Source of the DNA: an uncultured Actinomycetes bacterium
GTDB taxonomy: Bacteria; Actinomycetota; UBA4738; HRBIN12
DNA length: 64,000 nucleotides
Assembly (NCBI GenBank): GCA_963704885.1
Contig: CAVPIB010000004.1
Span: forward strand, 320,001-384,000
Direction of reading: 5' to 3'
This document shows positions 9,847 to 22,760 of the stretch, one piece after another. The notes under the pieces were generated by a model. That model was not told the origin of the DNA and did no database searches. It saw nothing but the letters and a program-made list of their open reading frames with translations. Position 1 is the stretch's first letter. Each line of letters opens with the position of its first letter. The position numbers were made by a program, and so were the translations under genes.

Positions 9847-12800
9847 CCCGTCTCACCACCAACGGTCGCAGTGGCGGCGTCGAAGGACAACCGGGACTGC
9901 GATCCACCGTGCGAAGCGTCGGCGTGATGCTCCTGGATCGAACGCGGCTCGCTCGGGGATCCGCGCATCGCCTCGATACCGCGAACGGCCGCGTAGACAC
10001 CGGGCAGGGTGGTGATGCAGGGAACCCCCGCGGTAGCCGCCGCGGTGCGGATGAAGTACCCGTCGCTTCGGGGTCCGCGGCCGAACGGCGTGTTGATCAC
10101 GAGGTCCACCTTCCCACCTCGGATCGACTCCGCCACGTTGTGCGGCGCCTCCGAGACCTTTGCTACGCGAGTGACGGCGATCCCAGCCCGCTCCAGGACC
10201 CCGGCGGTCCCGCCGGTCGCGATCAGGGTGAACCCCATGTCCGACAACCGCTTCGCCGGGAAGACGATCGCGCGCTTATCGCGGTTGGCGACCGAGACGA
10301 ACGCGGTGCCGTGGATCGGCAGCCCGGTGCCGCTCGACATCAGCGCCTTCGCAAGCGCCATGCCGGGATCTCGATCGATGCCCATGACCTCGCCGGTCGA
10401 CTTCATCTCGGGGCCGAGCACCGTGTCCACTCCCGGGAACCGGTCGAACGGCAGTACAGCCGCCTTCACGCTGGTGTAGGGGAGGTGTCGGTAGTGGTGC
10501 GGATCCGCCGGGAGAACCCCTTCGACGGCGAGCTCGGCCAGGCTCCGGCCCGTGAGCACCAGCGTGGCGACCCGGGCGAGGGAGACGCCGATCGTCTTCG
10601 AGACGAACGGGACCGTGCGCGACGCGCGAGGATTGGCCTCCAGGACCCAGATCCGCTCGTCCTTCACGGCGAGCTGCAGGTTGAGCACTCCCTGCACGCC
10701 GAGGCGCCTCGCGAGTCGGCGCGTGATGTCCTCGATCTCGTCGAGCTCCTCGTCGGAGAGCGTGGCCGGTGGGATCTGACACGAGGAGTCCCCGGAGTGC
10801 ACGCCGGCCTCCTCGATATGCTCCATGACGGCACCGATGAAGACATCGGTACCGTCACACACGGCGTCGACGTCGACCTCGATCGCTCCCTCGAGGAAAC
10901 GATCGACCAGGACCGGATGCTCGGGAGACGCCTCAGCGGCCGTGCGCACGAAGGTCTCCAGGTCGTCGGCGTCGTAGACGATCTCCATGGCGCGGCCGCC
11001 CAGGACGTACGACGGGCGGACTACCACCGGGAACCCGATCCGCCCGGCGATGACGCGCGCCTCCTCGATGGTCCGAGCCTCACCGTGCGGTGGCGCGGCG
11101 ATCGCCAACTCGGCGAGGACCTGCGCGAACTTCCCTCGGTCCTCGGCCAGGTCGATCGCCTCCGGCCGCGTCCCCAGGACCGCGAAGCCCTCCTCCTCGA
11201 GCGTGCGGGCCAATCTGAGCGGGGTCTGGCCCCCGAACTGCACGATCACTCCGACGGGCCGCTCCGCGCGGCACACGGCCAGCACGTCCTCTGCCGATAC
11301 GGGCTCGAGATAGAGCCGACTCGACGTGTCGTAGTCGGTCGAGACGGTCTCCGGGTTGCTGTTCAGCATCACCGACTCGAACCCGGCCTCTTCCAGAGCG
11401 AACGCGGCGTGAACGCACGCGTAGTCGAACTCGATACCTTGACCGATCCGGTTCGGCCCGGAGCCCAAGATCACGACGCGAGGGCGAGCTGCTGGTCGAA
11501 CCTCACTCTCCTCTTCGTAGGTGGAGTAGTGGTACGGCGTTCGCGCGGCGAACTCCCCGGCGCAGGTATCCACGGTCTTGAATACGGGTGCCACGCCGAG
11601 CGCTTCGCGATGCCGCCTGACGGCAGCCTCCGTCCCCCGGGTGAGGAGAGCGATATCAGGATCCGACAGACCCAGCCGCTTCGCTGCGCGGAGCTCGATC
11701 GCACCCAGTGAAGCCAAGGGGCGATCCCGGAGCTCGTTCGCTCCCTCGACCATCTGCGCGAGCTGGTCCACGAACCACGGATCCACCCCTGACGACTCGG
11801 CGACCTGGTCCACCGAGTACCCGGACCGCAACGCTCCTTGGATCAGCGTGAGCCGGTCCTCCCCCGCCGCGGCCAGGTCCTGAAGGGACGCTCCGTTCGG
11901 TCGTGCATGTCCGTCCGCTCTTTCGAGACCGCGCCAGGCCTTCCCGAGCGCCTCCTTGAAGGTCCGTCCGATCGCCATCACCTCGCCGACCGACTTCATG
12001 GTCGAGGTCAGGGTTCGGTCCGCATCAGGGAACTTCTCGAACGCGAACCGCGGGATCTTGACAACCACGTAGTCGAGCGTGGGTTCGAATGCGGCGGGTG
12101 TCTCGCCGGTTATGTCGTTCGTGATCTCATCCAGTCGATACCCGACAGCCAATAGCGCCGCGATCTTCGCGATCGGGAACCCCGTGGCCTTCGATGCGAG
12201 CGCCGAGGAACGTGACACCCGGGGGTTCATCTCGATCAACACCATCCTGCCGTCGCGGGGGTTCACGGCGAACTGCACGTTCGAGCCACCCGTATCGACC
12301 CCTATCGCCCGGATGCATCGCAGGGCGGCGTCCCGCATCTGCTGGTACTCGACGTCGGTGAGGGTCTGGATGGGCGCAACGGTGACCGAGTCACCCGTAT
12401 GGACCCCCATCGGATCGACGTTCTCGATCGAGCAGACGATCACCGCGTTGTCGTCACCGTCGCGCATGACCTCGAGTTCGAATTCCTTCCATCCCGCGAT
12501 CGACTCCTCCACCAAGATCTCGTGGACCGGCGAGATCTCCAGGCTCCTTCGTGCCAGGTCGGCGAGCTCCTCGGGAGTGGCGGCGAACCCGCTCCCACCG
12601 CCACCCAGCGTGAAGGAGGGCCGTACGATCACGGGATAGCCGATCTGGTCACCGAGGGCGACGGCGTCGGCCACCGTGCAGGCTACGTCGGCTAGCGGAA
12701 CGTCGAGGCCCGCCTCGATCATCGTCCGCTTGAAGCTGCTTCGATCCTCCGCTCGATGGATCGCCTCGATGCCGGCGCCGATCAGCTGGATCCCGAGCCG

Positions 12801-13127
12801 GTCCAGATCCCCCGACTCGGCCAGCGCGACGGCCACGTTCAGACCGGTCTGGCCGCCGAGCGTCGGCAGGAGCGCGTCTGGCCGCTCGCGTTCCAGGACT
12901 GCCAGAACGGACGCGGGTTGGAGGGGTTCGATGTACGTGCGGTCGGCGAACCCAGGATCGGTCATGATCGTGGCGGGGTTCGAGTTCACCAGGGCCACCT
13001 CGTAGCCCTCTGACCGCAGAACCCTGCACGCCTGCGTCCCCGAGTAGTCGAACTCGCACGCCTGCCCGATCACTATGGGGCCCGAGCCGATCACCATGAT
13101 CTTGTGGATGTCGGACCGCCGTGGCAT
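9843..13127 (-). CDS. carB: Carbamoyl-phosphate synthase large subunit
   Basis: [30 protein letters not shown], duplicated ATP-grasp, MGS domain; TGATG overlap with carA. Confidence 0.98.
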   Translation of the reverse strand: MPRRSDIHKIMVIGSGPIVIGQACEFDYSGTQACRVLRSEGYEVALVNSNPATIMTDPGFADRTYIEPLQPASVLAVLERERPDALLPTLGGQTGLNVAVALAESGDLDRLGIQLIGAGIEAIHRAEDRSSFKRTMIEAGLDVPLADVACTVADAVALGDQIGYPVIVRPSFTLGGGGSGFAATPEELADLARRSLEISPVHEILVEESIAGWKEFELEVMRDGDDNAVIVCSIENVDPMGVHTGDSVTVAPIQTLTDVEYQQMRDAALRCIRAIGVDTGGSNVQFAVNPRDGRMVLIEMNPRVSRSSALASKATGFPIAKIAALLAVGYRLDEITNDITGETPAAFEPTLDYVVVKIPRFAFEKFPDADRTLTSTMKSVGEVMAIGRTFKEALGKAWRGLERADGHARPNGASLQDLAAAGEDRLTLIQGALRSGYSVDQVAESSGVDPWFVDQLAQMVEGANELRDRPLASLGAIELRAAKRLGLSDPDIALLTRGTEAAVRRHREALGVAPVFKTVDTCAGEFAARTPYHYSTYEEESEVRPAARPRVVILGSGPNRIGQGIEFDYACVHAAFALEEAGFESVMLNSNPETVSTDYDTSSRLYLEPVSAEDVLAVCRAERPVGVIVQFGGQTPLRLARTLEEEGFAVLGTRPEAIDLAEDRGKFAQVLAELAIAAPPHGEARTIEEARVIAGRIGFPVVVRPSYVLGGRAMEIVYDADDLETFVRTAAEASPEHPVLVDRFLEGAIEVDVDAVCDGTDVFIGAVMEHIEEAGVHSGDSSCQIPPATLSDEELDEIEDITRRLARRLGVQGVLNLQLAVKDERIWVLEANPRASRTVPFVSKTIGVSLARVATLVLTGRSLAELAVEGVLPADPHHYRHLPYTSVKAAVLPFDRFPGVDTVLGPEMKSTGEVMGIDRDPGMALAKALMSSGTGLPIHGTAFVSVANRDKRAIVFPAKRLSDMGFTLIATGGTAGVLERAGIAVTRVAKVSEAPHNVAESIRGGKVDLVINTPFGRGPRSDGYFIRTAAATAGVPCITTLPGVYAAVRGIEAMRGSPSEPRSIQEHHADASHGGSQSRLSFDAATATVGGETG

Positions 13128-14275
13128 CAGTTGCCTTCCATGAGCCCGCGGAACTCCCCGAAGAGATAGCGGGCGTCGTGCGGACCAGGCGCAGCCTCCG
13201 GGTGGTACTGCACGGAGATGGCCGGAACGTCCAGGCATCGAAGCCCCTCGAGCGTGCCGTCGTTCAGGTTCCAATGGGTGAGCTCGACCGCCCCGTAGTC
13301 CGTAGCGGCCGTCGGGAGATCACGCTCGACGCGGCTCCAGCTGTCCGCGTCCACGGCGAACCCGTGGTTGTGGCTGGTGATCTCCACCACCATCGTGCGC
13401 AGGTCGCGGACGGGCTGGTTCACGCCGCGATGTCCGAAGCGCATCTTGTACGTACGTCCGCCGAGCGCCAGTCCGAGGAGCTGATGACCTAGACAGATGC
13501 CGAAGATCGGGACCTTGCCCAGCAGCTCGCGCACCGCAGCGGTCCCGTAGGTGGTGGCGGATGGATCGCCCGGCCCGTTCGACAGGAACACCCCATCGAA
13601 ACGACCTTCGGCGATGCGGGCGGGCGGCGTGTCTGCGGGGAAGACCGTCGTCTCACACCCCGTCGCGGCCAGGCGGCGCAGGATGTTGCGCTTCATCCCG
13701 AAGTCGTAGGCGGCGACCCGGTAGATCCGGCCGATCGACTCGTCGGGCGCTCCCACCATGTCCGCGGCCTGGTACGGCTCGGTGGCAGAGACGGAGCGGG
13801 CCAGATCCGCGCCCTCCATCAACGGGGACACCTGGACGCGAGCCACCAACGAGGCGGGATCGACGTCGAGCGTCGAGACCGCCGCACGCATCGCACCTCG
13901 TTCACGGAGCCGAAGCGTCAACCGGCGCGTATCGATCCCTTCGATCCCCACGACGCCCGCCACCTCGAGCTCCTCGCCGAGCGTTCGCACCGCCCGCCAG
14001 TTCGAGCTCCGTCGCGACGCCTCGCGGACCACGAAGCCGGCCACCTGCAACCGCTCCGACTCGGCGTCGTCTGGGTTGACCCCGTAGTTGCCCTGATGCG
14101 GTGAGGTCATAGTCACGATCTGGCCGGCATAAGACGGATCGGTCAGCACCTCCTGGTAGCCGGCCATCCCGGTGTTGAACACCGCCTCGCCGAAGGACTC
14201 ACCCGGTGCGCCGAAGCACTCACCCCGGAAGACCGAGCCATCCTCCAGGGCGAGGAGCGCGGCCGCTCCCGTCAC
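13127..14275 (-). CDS. carA: Carbamoyl-phosphate synthase small subunit
   Basis: [45 protein letters not shown]; GTG start overlaps pyrC stop. Confidence 0.97.
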   Translation of the reverse strand: MTGAAALLALEDGSVFRGECFGAPGESFGEAVFNTGMAGYQEVLTDPSYAGQIVTMTSPHQGNYGVNPDDAESERLQVAGFVVREASRRSSNWRAVRTLGEELEVAGVVGIEGIDTRRLTLRLRERGAMRAAVSTLDVDPASLVARVQVSPLMEGADLARSVSATEPYQAADMVGAPDESIGRIYRVAAYDFGMKRNILRRLAATGCETTVFPADTPPARIAEGRFDGVFLSNGPGDPSATTYGTAAVRELLGKVPIFGICLGHQLLGLALGGRTYKMRFGHRGVNQPVRDLRTMVVEITSHNHGFAVDADSWSRVERDLPTAATDYGAVELTHWNLNDGTLEGLRCLDVPAISVQYHPEAAPGPHDARYLFGEFRGLMEGN

Positions 14276-15562
14276 CTGGTCGCCTTTCCGTCGGTGACCG
14301 TCAGCGCGCCACGCAGCATGGTGTGTACGACCGCTCCTCGGAGCGTGCGCCCGGTGAACGCGGAGTTGCGGCTCTTCGAGACGAACGGCGGTTCCACGAC
14401 CCATTCGGCTGAGGGGTCGAACACCACGAGGTTCGCCGGACGCCCGGGTTCGATCGGTCCGCCGTGGTCCTTGGCGCCGAGGATGCGGGCAGGGTTGACC
14501 GACATCGCCTCGATCGCTCGAGGCAGAGACAGGATCCCAGGCTCCACCAGGTAGGTGAGCACCGCGCCGAGTGCGGTCTCCAGGCCGATCGTGCCCGGCG
14601 GCGACTGATCGAACTCGGCCTCCTTCTCTTCCACGGCGTGGGGTGCGTGATCGGTGGCGATGGTGTCGATCGTGCCGTCGGCCAATCCCGCTCGGAGCGC
14701 GTCGCGATCGTCCGCCGATCGGAGCGGGGGGTTGACCTTCATGTTCGTGTCGTAGGAAAGAAGGTCTTCATCGCTGAAGACCAGATGATGGGGCGTCACC
14801 TCGGCCGTTACCCGGATCCCTTCAGCCTTGGCTCGGCGGACGAGCTCGACCGAGCGTGCCGAGGACAGGTGGCATAGGTGCAGCCGAGAGCCGGTCATGC
14901 GAGCGATCGCCAGATCGCGCGCCACGATGACCTCTTCGGCCTCGGCCGGCTGCCCGCGCAACCCGAGCGAGTACGAGTGGAGTCCCTCGTGCATCTGGCC
15001 GCCCTCGGCGAGCGAGCCGTCCTCGCAGTGCTCCGCGATCAAGATGTCATCGAACGCCTTGCCGTACACCAAGGCGTTACGGAGCAGCCGAGCTGTCGGC
15101 ACGCACCGTCCATCGTCGCTGAAGACGCGGACCCCGGCCTGGACCATCTCCCCTATCTCGGCCAGAGCCTCCCCTTCGAGCTTGCTGGTGATCGCACCGA
15201 CCGGGAACACGTCGGCAAGGCCGGCGGCGGTCGCGAGGTCGCGAACCTCATGGATGACTCCAGCGTGATCCGCTACCGGGTCCGTGTTCGCCATCGGAGC
15301 CACCGCCGTGAACCCTCCACTAGCAGCCGCCCGCGTGCCCGACTCCACGGTCTCCTTGTGCTCGAAGCCGGGCTCACGCAGGTGCGTGTGCATGTCCACG
15401 AGGCCGGGTGCGAGGACCAAGCCATCGCAGTCCAAGATCTCTGCCGCCGGGGATGCGACGTCGCCGACCTCGGCGATCCGCCCGTCCTCGACGAGCACAT
15501 CCGCCACCGTGTCTATCCCTCTCACCGGATCCACGATCCGCGAACCTCGGAGGACCGTCCGC

Positions 15563-15570
<8 letters not shown>
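14272..15570 (-). CDS. pyrC: Dihydroorotase
   Basis: [35 protein letters not shown]. Confidence 0.97.
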
Positions 15571-17117
<1,547 letters not shown>

Positions 17118-17229
17118 TCGTTGGTCGAAACGTAGGATAGCGGGTCGGAAGGCCGACGTCCGCCTAGGCTCCGCCGGACGGGCCCGACGTACACTGGACA
17201 GATAGCCGAACGGAAGGTGGTCGATCCGC

Positions 17230-17433
17230 ATGGGACCTGAGTGGATCATCGTGGGCATAGTCGCCGTGGTCGTGCTGTTCGGGGCGAAGAAGCTCCCCGA
17301 GATGGCGCGATCGGTCGGTCGCGCGCAGGGCGAGTTCAAGAAGGGCCTTAAAGAAGGCGTGGTGCCCGATGGGTCCGAGGAGTCCGCCGAGCCCAAGACC
17401 GAACCGAAGACCGAGCCCAACACCGAGACTTAA
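17230..17433 (+). CDS. tatA: Twin-arginine translocase TatA/E subunit
   Basis: MGPEWIIVGIVAVVVLFGAKKLPEMARSVGRAQGEFKKG; only convincing plus-strand gene; C-terminal EPKT repeats. Confidence 0.93.
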   Translation: MGPEWIIVGIVAVVVLFGAKKLPEMARSVGRAQGEFKKGLKEGVVPDGSEESAEPKTEPKTEPNTET

Positions 17434-17846
17434 CTCGACCCACCGTCCGCTCGGCCGAGTTCTCGGGCGATCCGTCCCAGAACGCCGTTCACGTACCGCC
17501 TCGATTCGTCCGCCGAAAGCTCAGAAGCCGCCTCCACCGCCTCGCTGATGGTCACGGAGACCGGGATGTCCGTCAGGTGCATGAGCTCGAAGACCCCCAT
17601 CCGCAGGATCGAGCGATCCAGAGCCGTCATCCGCGCAACGGTCCATCCCTCGGAGTGCTCCTCGAGCAGCAGGTCGATCTCCGGCTGATGCTCGGCCACG
17701 CCTGCCACCAGTTCGCCGGTGAATGATGGGATCGCGCGATCGGCGGCGCGCCACTCCAGCAAGACGACTTCGGGATCTGCCGTGGTGATGTCGGCTTGAT
17801 ACAGGATGTCGAGTGCCGTCCGGCGAGCCTCGCGGCGAGTCGTCAC
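17430..17846 (-). CDS. nusB: Transcription antitermination factor NusB
   Basis: [39 protein letters not shown]; efp-nusB synteny. Confidence 0.95.
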   Translation of the reverse strand: MTTRREARRTALDILYQADITTADPEVVLLEWRAADRAIPSFTGELVAGVAEHQPEIDLLLEEHSEGWTVARMTALDRSILRMGVFELMHLTDIPVSVTISEAVEAASELSADESRRYVNGVLGRIARELGRADGGSS

Positions 17847-18409
17847 GCCTTCACGCGCTCGATGTACTCGCCCGAGCGCGTGTCCACCTTGATCTTCTCG
17901 CCCTCCTCCACGAAGAGCGGGACCTGGACGACGAGGCCGGTCTCGAGCTTCGCTGGCTTGTATGCGCCGGTCCTCGTGTCGCCCTTCACCCCGGGATCCG
18001 TCTCGGTGATGGTGAGGACCATCGAGGCCGGCAGGTCGACGCCGATCGGCGCGCCCTCGTGCACGGTCACTTGAGCCTGACCCCCTTCAACGAGGAACCC
18101 GGCGGCGGTGCCCACGAGCGCCCCGGGAACGTGGATCTGGTCGTACGTCTCCAGATCCATGAACACGTAATCGGAGCCGTCCCCATACAGGTACTGCATG
18201 TCCTTGCGGTCCACCTTGGCCTGGCCGACCTTCACCCCGGCATTGAACGTCTTCTCGATGACCGCGCCCGTCTTCACGTTGCGGAGTTTGGTGCGGACGA
18301 AGGCGCCACCCTTGCCGGGCTTCACATGCTGGAACTCGATCACCTGGAACAGCGTGCCCTCGAGATCGAGGGTCATCCCGTTCTTCAGTTCGTTCGTGGA
18401 AACACTCAC
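17843..18409 (-). CDS. efp: Elongation factor P
   Basis: [40 protein letters not shown]. Confidence 0.98.
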   Translation of the reverse strand: MSVSTNELKNGMTLDLEGTLFQVIEFQHVKPGKGGAFVRTKLRNVKTGAVIEKTFNAGVKVGQAKVDRKDMQYLYGDGSDYVFMDLETYDQIHVPGALVGTAAGFLVEGGQAQVTVHEGAPIGVDLPASMVLTITETDPGVKGDTRTGAYKPAKLETGLVVQVPLFVEEGEKIKVDTRSGEYIERVKA

Positions 18410-18427
18410 GCGTAGATCGCTCCCGTC

Positions 18428-19501
18428 CTACAGCTCTACCAGCTCACGGATCGACGTGCCGATGACCAGACATCCGTCCTCGACGACGTGGACCATGTCC
18501 TCGATCCTGGCTCCACCTAAACCGGGCACGTAGATACCGGGTTCCACGGTCATGACCGCACCGACCGGGATCACGTCTTCCCCACTTCGGGCGAAGTTGG
18601 GTCCCTCGTGGATCTCCAGTCCGACGCCGTGGCCGAGGCCGTGCGAGAAGCGCGGACCGTAGCCCGCGTCCTCCACCACCTTCCGTGCGACGGCGTCCAC
18701 CTCCCCGCCGGTCACCCCGGGGCGCACCGCATCGATGCCCGCCTGCTGCGCCTCGCGGACGATGTCGTGGATCTTGCGTAGCTCGGGCGGCGGCGAGCCG
18801 AACGCGATCGTGCGAGTCATATCCGCGTGGTACCCGCCGAAGAGACCCCCGAAGTCGAGTTTGATCACGTCGCCTTCCTCGAGGACCCGATGACTGGGCT
18901 GATGATGAGGCTCGGCGGCTTGCTCGCCGAACGCCACGATCGACTCGAACGACAACCCGTCGGCCCCGGCCCGCCGGAGCGCGTGCTCCAGCTCGAGCGC
19001 CACCTGCCGCTCGGTCATGCCCACGGCGAGGACGTCCAAGATCTCCTCGAACGCCCGATCCGTGCACGCCTGCGCCTCGCGGAGCATCGCAAGCTCCTCG
19101 TCATCCTTGACCCAGCGAAGGCGTCCGACCGGGTCGCCAACGGGCGCGAACTCCACATCGGGCGTGGCAGCCTTGAGCGTCTCCAAACCGTCGACCGTCA
19201 CGTCGTGCGCCTCGAACCCGAGCCGTTCGATACCCAGCCGTCCGCAGGCCTCGGCCAACGGTTCGCCGAACGCCCCCAGGTAGGTGATCCGCTCGGCGTC
19301 GGCGACCTCGTGACGGGAGCGTTCCGTGTATCGGCCGTCCGTGAAGAACAGGCTTTCTCGATCCGACACGACCACTTGGCCGTTCGAGCCCGTGAAGCCT
19401 GTCAGGTACCGGACGTTCGACAAGCGCGTGATCAAGATCGCGTCCACGGATCTCTCGTCGAGTGTCGGGGTCAGGGCGGAACGTCTCACTGCGTGAGCCA
19501 C
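18428..19501 (-). CDS. pepQ: Xaa-Pro peptidase (M24B family)
   Basis: NVRYLTGFTGS, TDGRY, DFG..YHADMTRT, HGLGHGVGLEIHEGP, TVEPGIY, RIED; GGAGG RBS before GTG at 19501. Confidence 0.92.
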   Translation of the reverse strand: MAHAVRRSALTPTLDERSVDAILITRLSNVRYLTGFTGSNGQVVVSDRESLFFTDGRYTERSRHEVADAERITYLGAFGEPLAEACGRLGIERLGFEAHDVTVDGLETLKAATPDVEFAPVGDPVGRLRWVKDDEELAMLREAQACTDRAFEEILDVLAVGMTERQVALELEHALRRAGADGLSFESIVAFGEQAAEPHHQPSHRVLEEGDVIKLDFGGLFGGYHADMTRTIAFGSPPPELRKIHDIVREAQQAGIDAVRPGVTGGEVDAVARKVVEDAGYGPRFSHGLGHGVGLEIHEGPNFARSGEDVIPVGAVMTVEPGIYVPGLGGARIEDMVHVVEDGCLVIGTSIRELVEL

Positions 19502-19920
19502 GGCATCGCCTCCAGCGCCAGATGATAGCCACCGGCCCCCAGACCGATGATGGACGCGCGACAGACGGGGGACAGGACCGAGGTCCTGCGGAACTCCTCC
19601 CGCGCGTGGATGTTCGTCATGTGTACCTCGACCACGGGCAGACCGCAGCCCTCGATCGCGTCGCGCAGCGCATACGAGTAGTGGCTGAGCGCCCCCGGGT
19701 TCGCGACGACCGCGCCCGCGCCTTCCTCCGCTGCGCCCGCGATCCATCCCACGAGGTCTCCCTCGTGATCGGACTGGCGCCACACGACCTCGTGACCGAG
19801 CGCCCGTCCGCGTTCGCCGACCTCGGTCATGATCTCCTCCAGCGTCGCCGAGCCGTAGCGCTCAGGGTCGCGCCTTCCGAGCTCGCCGAGGTTCGGCCCG
19901 AACACGTACAACACCTTCAT
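19486..19920 (-). CDS. aroQ: Type II 3-dehydroquinate dehydratase
   Basis: GPNL..LGRRDPERYG, NPGALSHYSYALRDA, EVHMTNIHAREEFR. Confidence 0.95.
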   Translation of the reverse strand: MKVLYVFGPNLGELGRRDPERYGSATLEEIMTEVGERGRALGHEVVWRQSDHEGDLVGWIAGAAEEGAGAVVANPGALSHYSYALRDAIEGCGLPVVEVHMTNIHAREEFRRTSVLSPVCRASIIGLGAGGYHLALEAMPWLTQ

Positions 19921-21005
19921 CGGCTCGCTCCCATCGTCTCCAAGACGGCGCTCATCTCATCATCCGTGACACCGTCGACCACCACGGCCCGGCCCACGTC
20001 CTCCAGGAGCACGAAGCGAACACCGTCGCGGTACTTCTTGTCGAGCCGGCACGCAGCCACGATCGCGTCCGGATGGGGCAGGGAACCGTCGACCTCCAAC
20101 CCCAACGAGGTGAGGAGTCGCGCGGTCCGCGAAGCCAGGCCGGAGGAAGCAAGGCCACGTGCCTCCGCCAGCCGAGCCGCGAACACCATGCCGATGGCCA
20201 CGGCCTCGCCGTGTGAGCGTCCTCCGAAGGCTTCGAGTCGCTCGAGCGCGTGCCCGATCGTGTGTCCGTAGTTGAGGGTCAACCGCTGCCCGGAATCGTG
20301 CTCGTCGCCGGTCACGATGGTGGCCTTCGCTGTGACGCAACGGGTCACGATCCACTCCAGCGTGGCCGGGTCGCGCGCCACCACAGGAGCCGGGTCACGC
20401 TCCAACAGCTCGAGGAGTTCGGGATCGAGCGTGAGCCCATACTTCGTCACCTCCGCGAGGCCCGAGCGGAAGTCGCGCTCGGAGAGCGTCACGAGCGTGC
20501 CCACGTCGGCGATCACGACGCGTGGCTGGTAGAAGGTTCCGGCGAGGTTCTTGCCTTCGGGCAGGTTCACCGCGGTCTTGCCGCCGATCGCAGCGTCGAC
20601 CTGTGCCAGCAACGTCGTCGGCACCTGGACGAACGGGACGCCTCGCATGTAGGTGGAGGCGACGAACCCCGCCACGTCGCCGGTCGCGCCACCCCCCAGT
20701 GCCACGACCAGATCGTCCCGATGAGCTTCCTGGGTGGCCAGCTGGTGGAGCAAGGCCTCGTAGACCTGCAGGGTCTTGGCCTCCTCCCCCGCCGGCACCG
20801 GGAGGTGCACGGCTCCCAGCCCAGCGGCGCCGAGCGCGTTCGCCAGTGGCTCGAGCCATGCCGAGGACACCGTAAGGTCAGCGACTATGAACGCGGTGGA
20901 TGCACCGGGGATCTGCGGCATCAGATCCCCGATCTGCGAGATGGCGCCTATGCCTACGCACACCTCGTAGGACCGTCCCGGGATCGGGACGGTCACGCGG
21001 ACCAA
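19917..21005 (-). CDS. aroB: 3-dehydroquinate synthase
   Basis: GEEAK, GGGATGDVAGF, PTTLLAQVDAAIGGKT, LNYGHTIGHALE, HGEAVAIG; TTG at 21005 after GGAGGAG (alternative GTG at 20996). Confidence 0.96.
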   Translation of the reverse strand: MVRVTVPIPGRSYEVCVGIGAISQIGDLMPQIPGASTAFIVADLTVSSAWLEPLANALGAAGLGAVHLPVPAGEEAKTLQVYEALLHQLATQEAHRDDLVVALGGGATGDVAGFVASTYMRGVPFVQVPTTLLAQVDAAIGGKTAVNLPEGKNLAGTFYQPRVVIADVGTLVTLSERDFRSGLAEVTKYGLTLDPELLELLERDPAPVVARDPATLEWIVTRCVTAKATIVTGDEHDSGQRLTLNYGHTIGHALERLEAFGGRSHGEAVAIGMVFAARLAEARGLASSGLASRTARLLTSLGLEVDGSLPHPDAIVAACRLDKKYRDGVRFVLLEDVGRAVVVDGVTDDEMSAVLETMGASR

Positions 21006-21490
21006 CGAAGCTCCTCCACGATGGCCTCGGCCACTTCGCCGGGGGGGCCTGTGCCGTCCACGACGTGTGCCGCGAACTCCCTGTAGAGAGGCTCTCTGGA
21101 CTGCAGGAGACGTTCCAGATCGCCCGCCTCCCTGATCAGCGGGCGCTCGGCCGCGGGTCTGACACGCTCGCGCAGCTGCTCGATAGGAACGTCCAGGAAG
21201 ACGGCGACACCGGTGTTCCGAAGCGTGATCCGGTTCGCCGGCTCGAGTACGACTCCCCCACCGCACGCCACCACCGATGGGTCGTGCGTGCTGGCCTGGA
21301 CGAGCGCCGCGGCCTCGCGAGCGCGGAAGGCTGCCTCACCCTCGGTCGCGAAGATCTCTCCGACCGACATGCCCGTCTCCCGCTCGATCTCTGCATCCAG
21401 ATCGACGAACGGCACGCCGAGCTGCCCGGCCAGCTCCTGGCCCACCACGGACTTCCCGGCGCCCGGCATACCCACCAGGTAGACGATCAC
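20993..21490 (-). CDS. aroK: Shikimate kinase
   Basis: [23 protein letters not shown]. Confidence 0.96.
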   Translation of the reverse strand: MIVYLVGMPGAGKSVVGQELAGQLGVPFVDLDAEIERETGMSVGEIFATEGEAAFRAREAAALVQASTHDPSVVACGGGVVLEPANRITLRNTGVAVFLDVPIEQLRERVRPAAERPLIREAGDLERLLQSREPLYREFAAHVVDGTGPPGEVAEAIVEELRWSA

Positions 21491-22641
21491 TGGAGCGTCT
21501 CCAGGTAGCCGGCAAGGTTCCGACTCGTCTCCGTCATCGAGTCGCCCCCGAACTTCTCGAGCATGGCGTTTGCGAGCTCGAAGGCGACGACCGCTTCGCC
21601 CACGACTCCGCCGGCGGGCACCGCGCAGACATCGGTCCGCTGCTTGATCGCCTGAGCCGGGCGGCCCGTCGCGAGGTCCACCGTGGCGAGCGGGCGAGGG
21701 ACGGTCGAGAACGGCTTCATGGCCGCGCGGAGCCGGATCGGCTGTCCCGTGGACATGCCCCCCTCGATCCCACCCGCCCTGGCCGTAGCTCGCCCGATGA
21801 CGCCATCCCGCAGGACTATCTCGTCGTGCGCCTTGGACCCGGGCCGCGACGCCGAGGCGAAGCCATCCCCGACCTCCACGCCCTTCACCGACTGGATGGA
21901 CATGAGCGCGAGCGCCATCCGAGCATCGAGCTTGCGGTCGTAGTGGACGTAGGAGCCCAAGCCGGGTGGAACCCCGTGGGCAACGACCTCGAACACGCCG
22001 CCCACCGTGTCGCCCGTGCGTCGGATCGTGTCGATCTCGGACACCATGCGTCGGGTGGCTTCCGGATCGACGCAGCGAACCGCGGAGGCGTCGATCGCAT
22101 CGAGTTCGGCCATGCCCGGGACCGCTCGTCTGGCGGGGCTCTTCACCGTGCCGATCCGCACGACGTGGGATAGCATACCCACGCCCAGTTCGCTCAGGAA
22201 TGCCTTGCAGCAGGCCCCGATGGCCACGCGCGCGGCCGTCTCCCTAGCGCTCGCTCTCTCCAACACGTTGCGAACATCGTCGAACCCATACTTCTGCACC
22301 CCGACCAGATCTGCGTGCCCGGGACGCGGGCGGGTGAGGCGCTGCTCCGGGTCACCGGTCCCCTCGACGCCCATGACATCCCTGTACTTCTGATCGAATT
22401 CCACGTTCGGGATGGTGATCGCGATCGGTGAACCAAGGCTCCGCCCGTGCCGGATCCCCGCGAGGATCTCGAAGCGGTCCCCCTCGAACTTCTGACGCCC
22501 ACCCCGGCCGTGACCGTGACGCCGGCGGGCGAGCTCCCGCTCGATCTCCTTGGGAGCGATGGGAACATCTGCCGGCAGACCTTCGAGGACAGCCACCAGC
22601 GCCTGTCCGTGCGATTCGCCGGCCGTGAGCATGCGCAACAT
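21487..22641 (-). CDS. aroC: Chorismate synthase
   Basis: [33 protein letters not shown]. Confidence 0.97.
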   Translation of the reverse strand: MLRMLTAGESHGQALVAVLEGLPADVPIAPKEIERELARRRHGHGRGGRQKFEGDRFEILAGIRHGRSLGSPIAITIPNVEFDQKYRDVMGVEGTGDPEQRLTRPRPGHADLVGVQKYGFDDVRNVLERASARETAARVAIGACCKAFLSELGVGMLSHVVRIGTVKSPARRAVPGMAELDAIDASAVRCVDPEATRRMVSEIDTIRRTGDTVGGVFEVVAHGVPPGLGSYVHYDRKLDARMALALMSIQSVKGVEVGDGFASASRPGSKAHDEIVLRDGVIGRATARAGGIEGGMSTGQPIRLRAAMKPFSTVPRPLATVDLATGRPAQAIKQRTDVCAVPAGGVVGEAVVAFELANAMLEKFGGDSMTETSRNLAGYLETLQ

Positions 22642-22647
22642 GCGGAC

Positions 22648-22653
22648 ATCATA
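22648..22653 (-). promoter_or_regulatory. -10 element (TATGAT) of a probable leaderless aroC transcript
   Basis: TATGAT 6 nt upstream of the ATG, no SD. Confidence 0.65.
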
Positions 22654-22677
22654 GGGACCGGCGCCTTGCGGGATGGG

Positions 22678-22745
22678 GCGGGGGCGACCCCGAGACGGAG
22701 CCGCCCCCGCGCCGGCGACCGCTCCCCCCGTGGGCGGGTCGCCGG
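22678..22745 (-). terminator. Two tandem GC-rich hairpins downstream of the pilMNOP operon
   Basis: GCGGGGGCG..CGCCCCCGC (22678-22710) and CCGGCGACC..GGTCGCCGG (22712-22745); no U tract. Confidence 0.55.
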
Positions 22746-22760
22746 GATCTGAAGCGCCGT

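Noticed and set aside
9909-11711. 600-aa plus-strand ORF antisense to carB
   Set aside because: Shadow ORF from high-GC codon bias; no recognisable motifs and fully overlaps a conserved gene.
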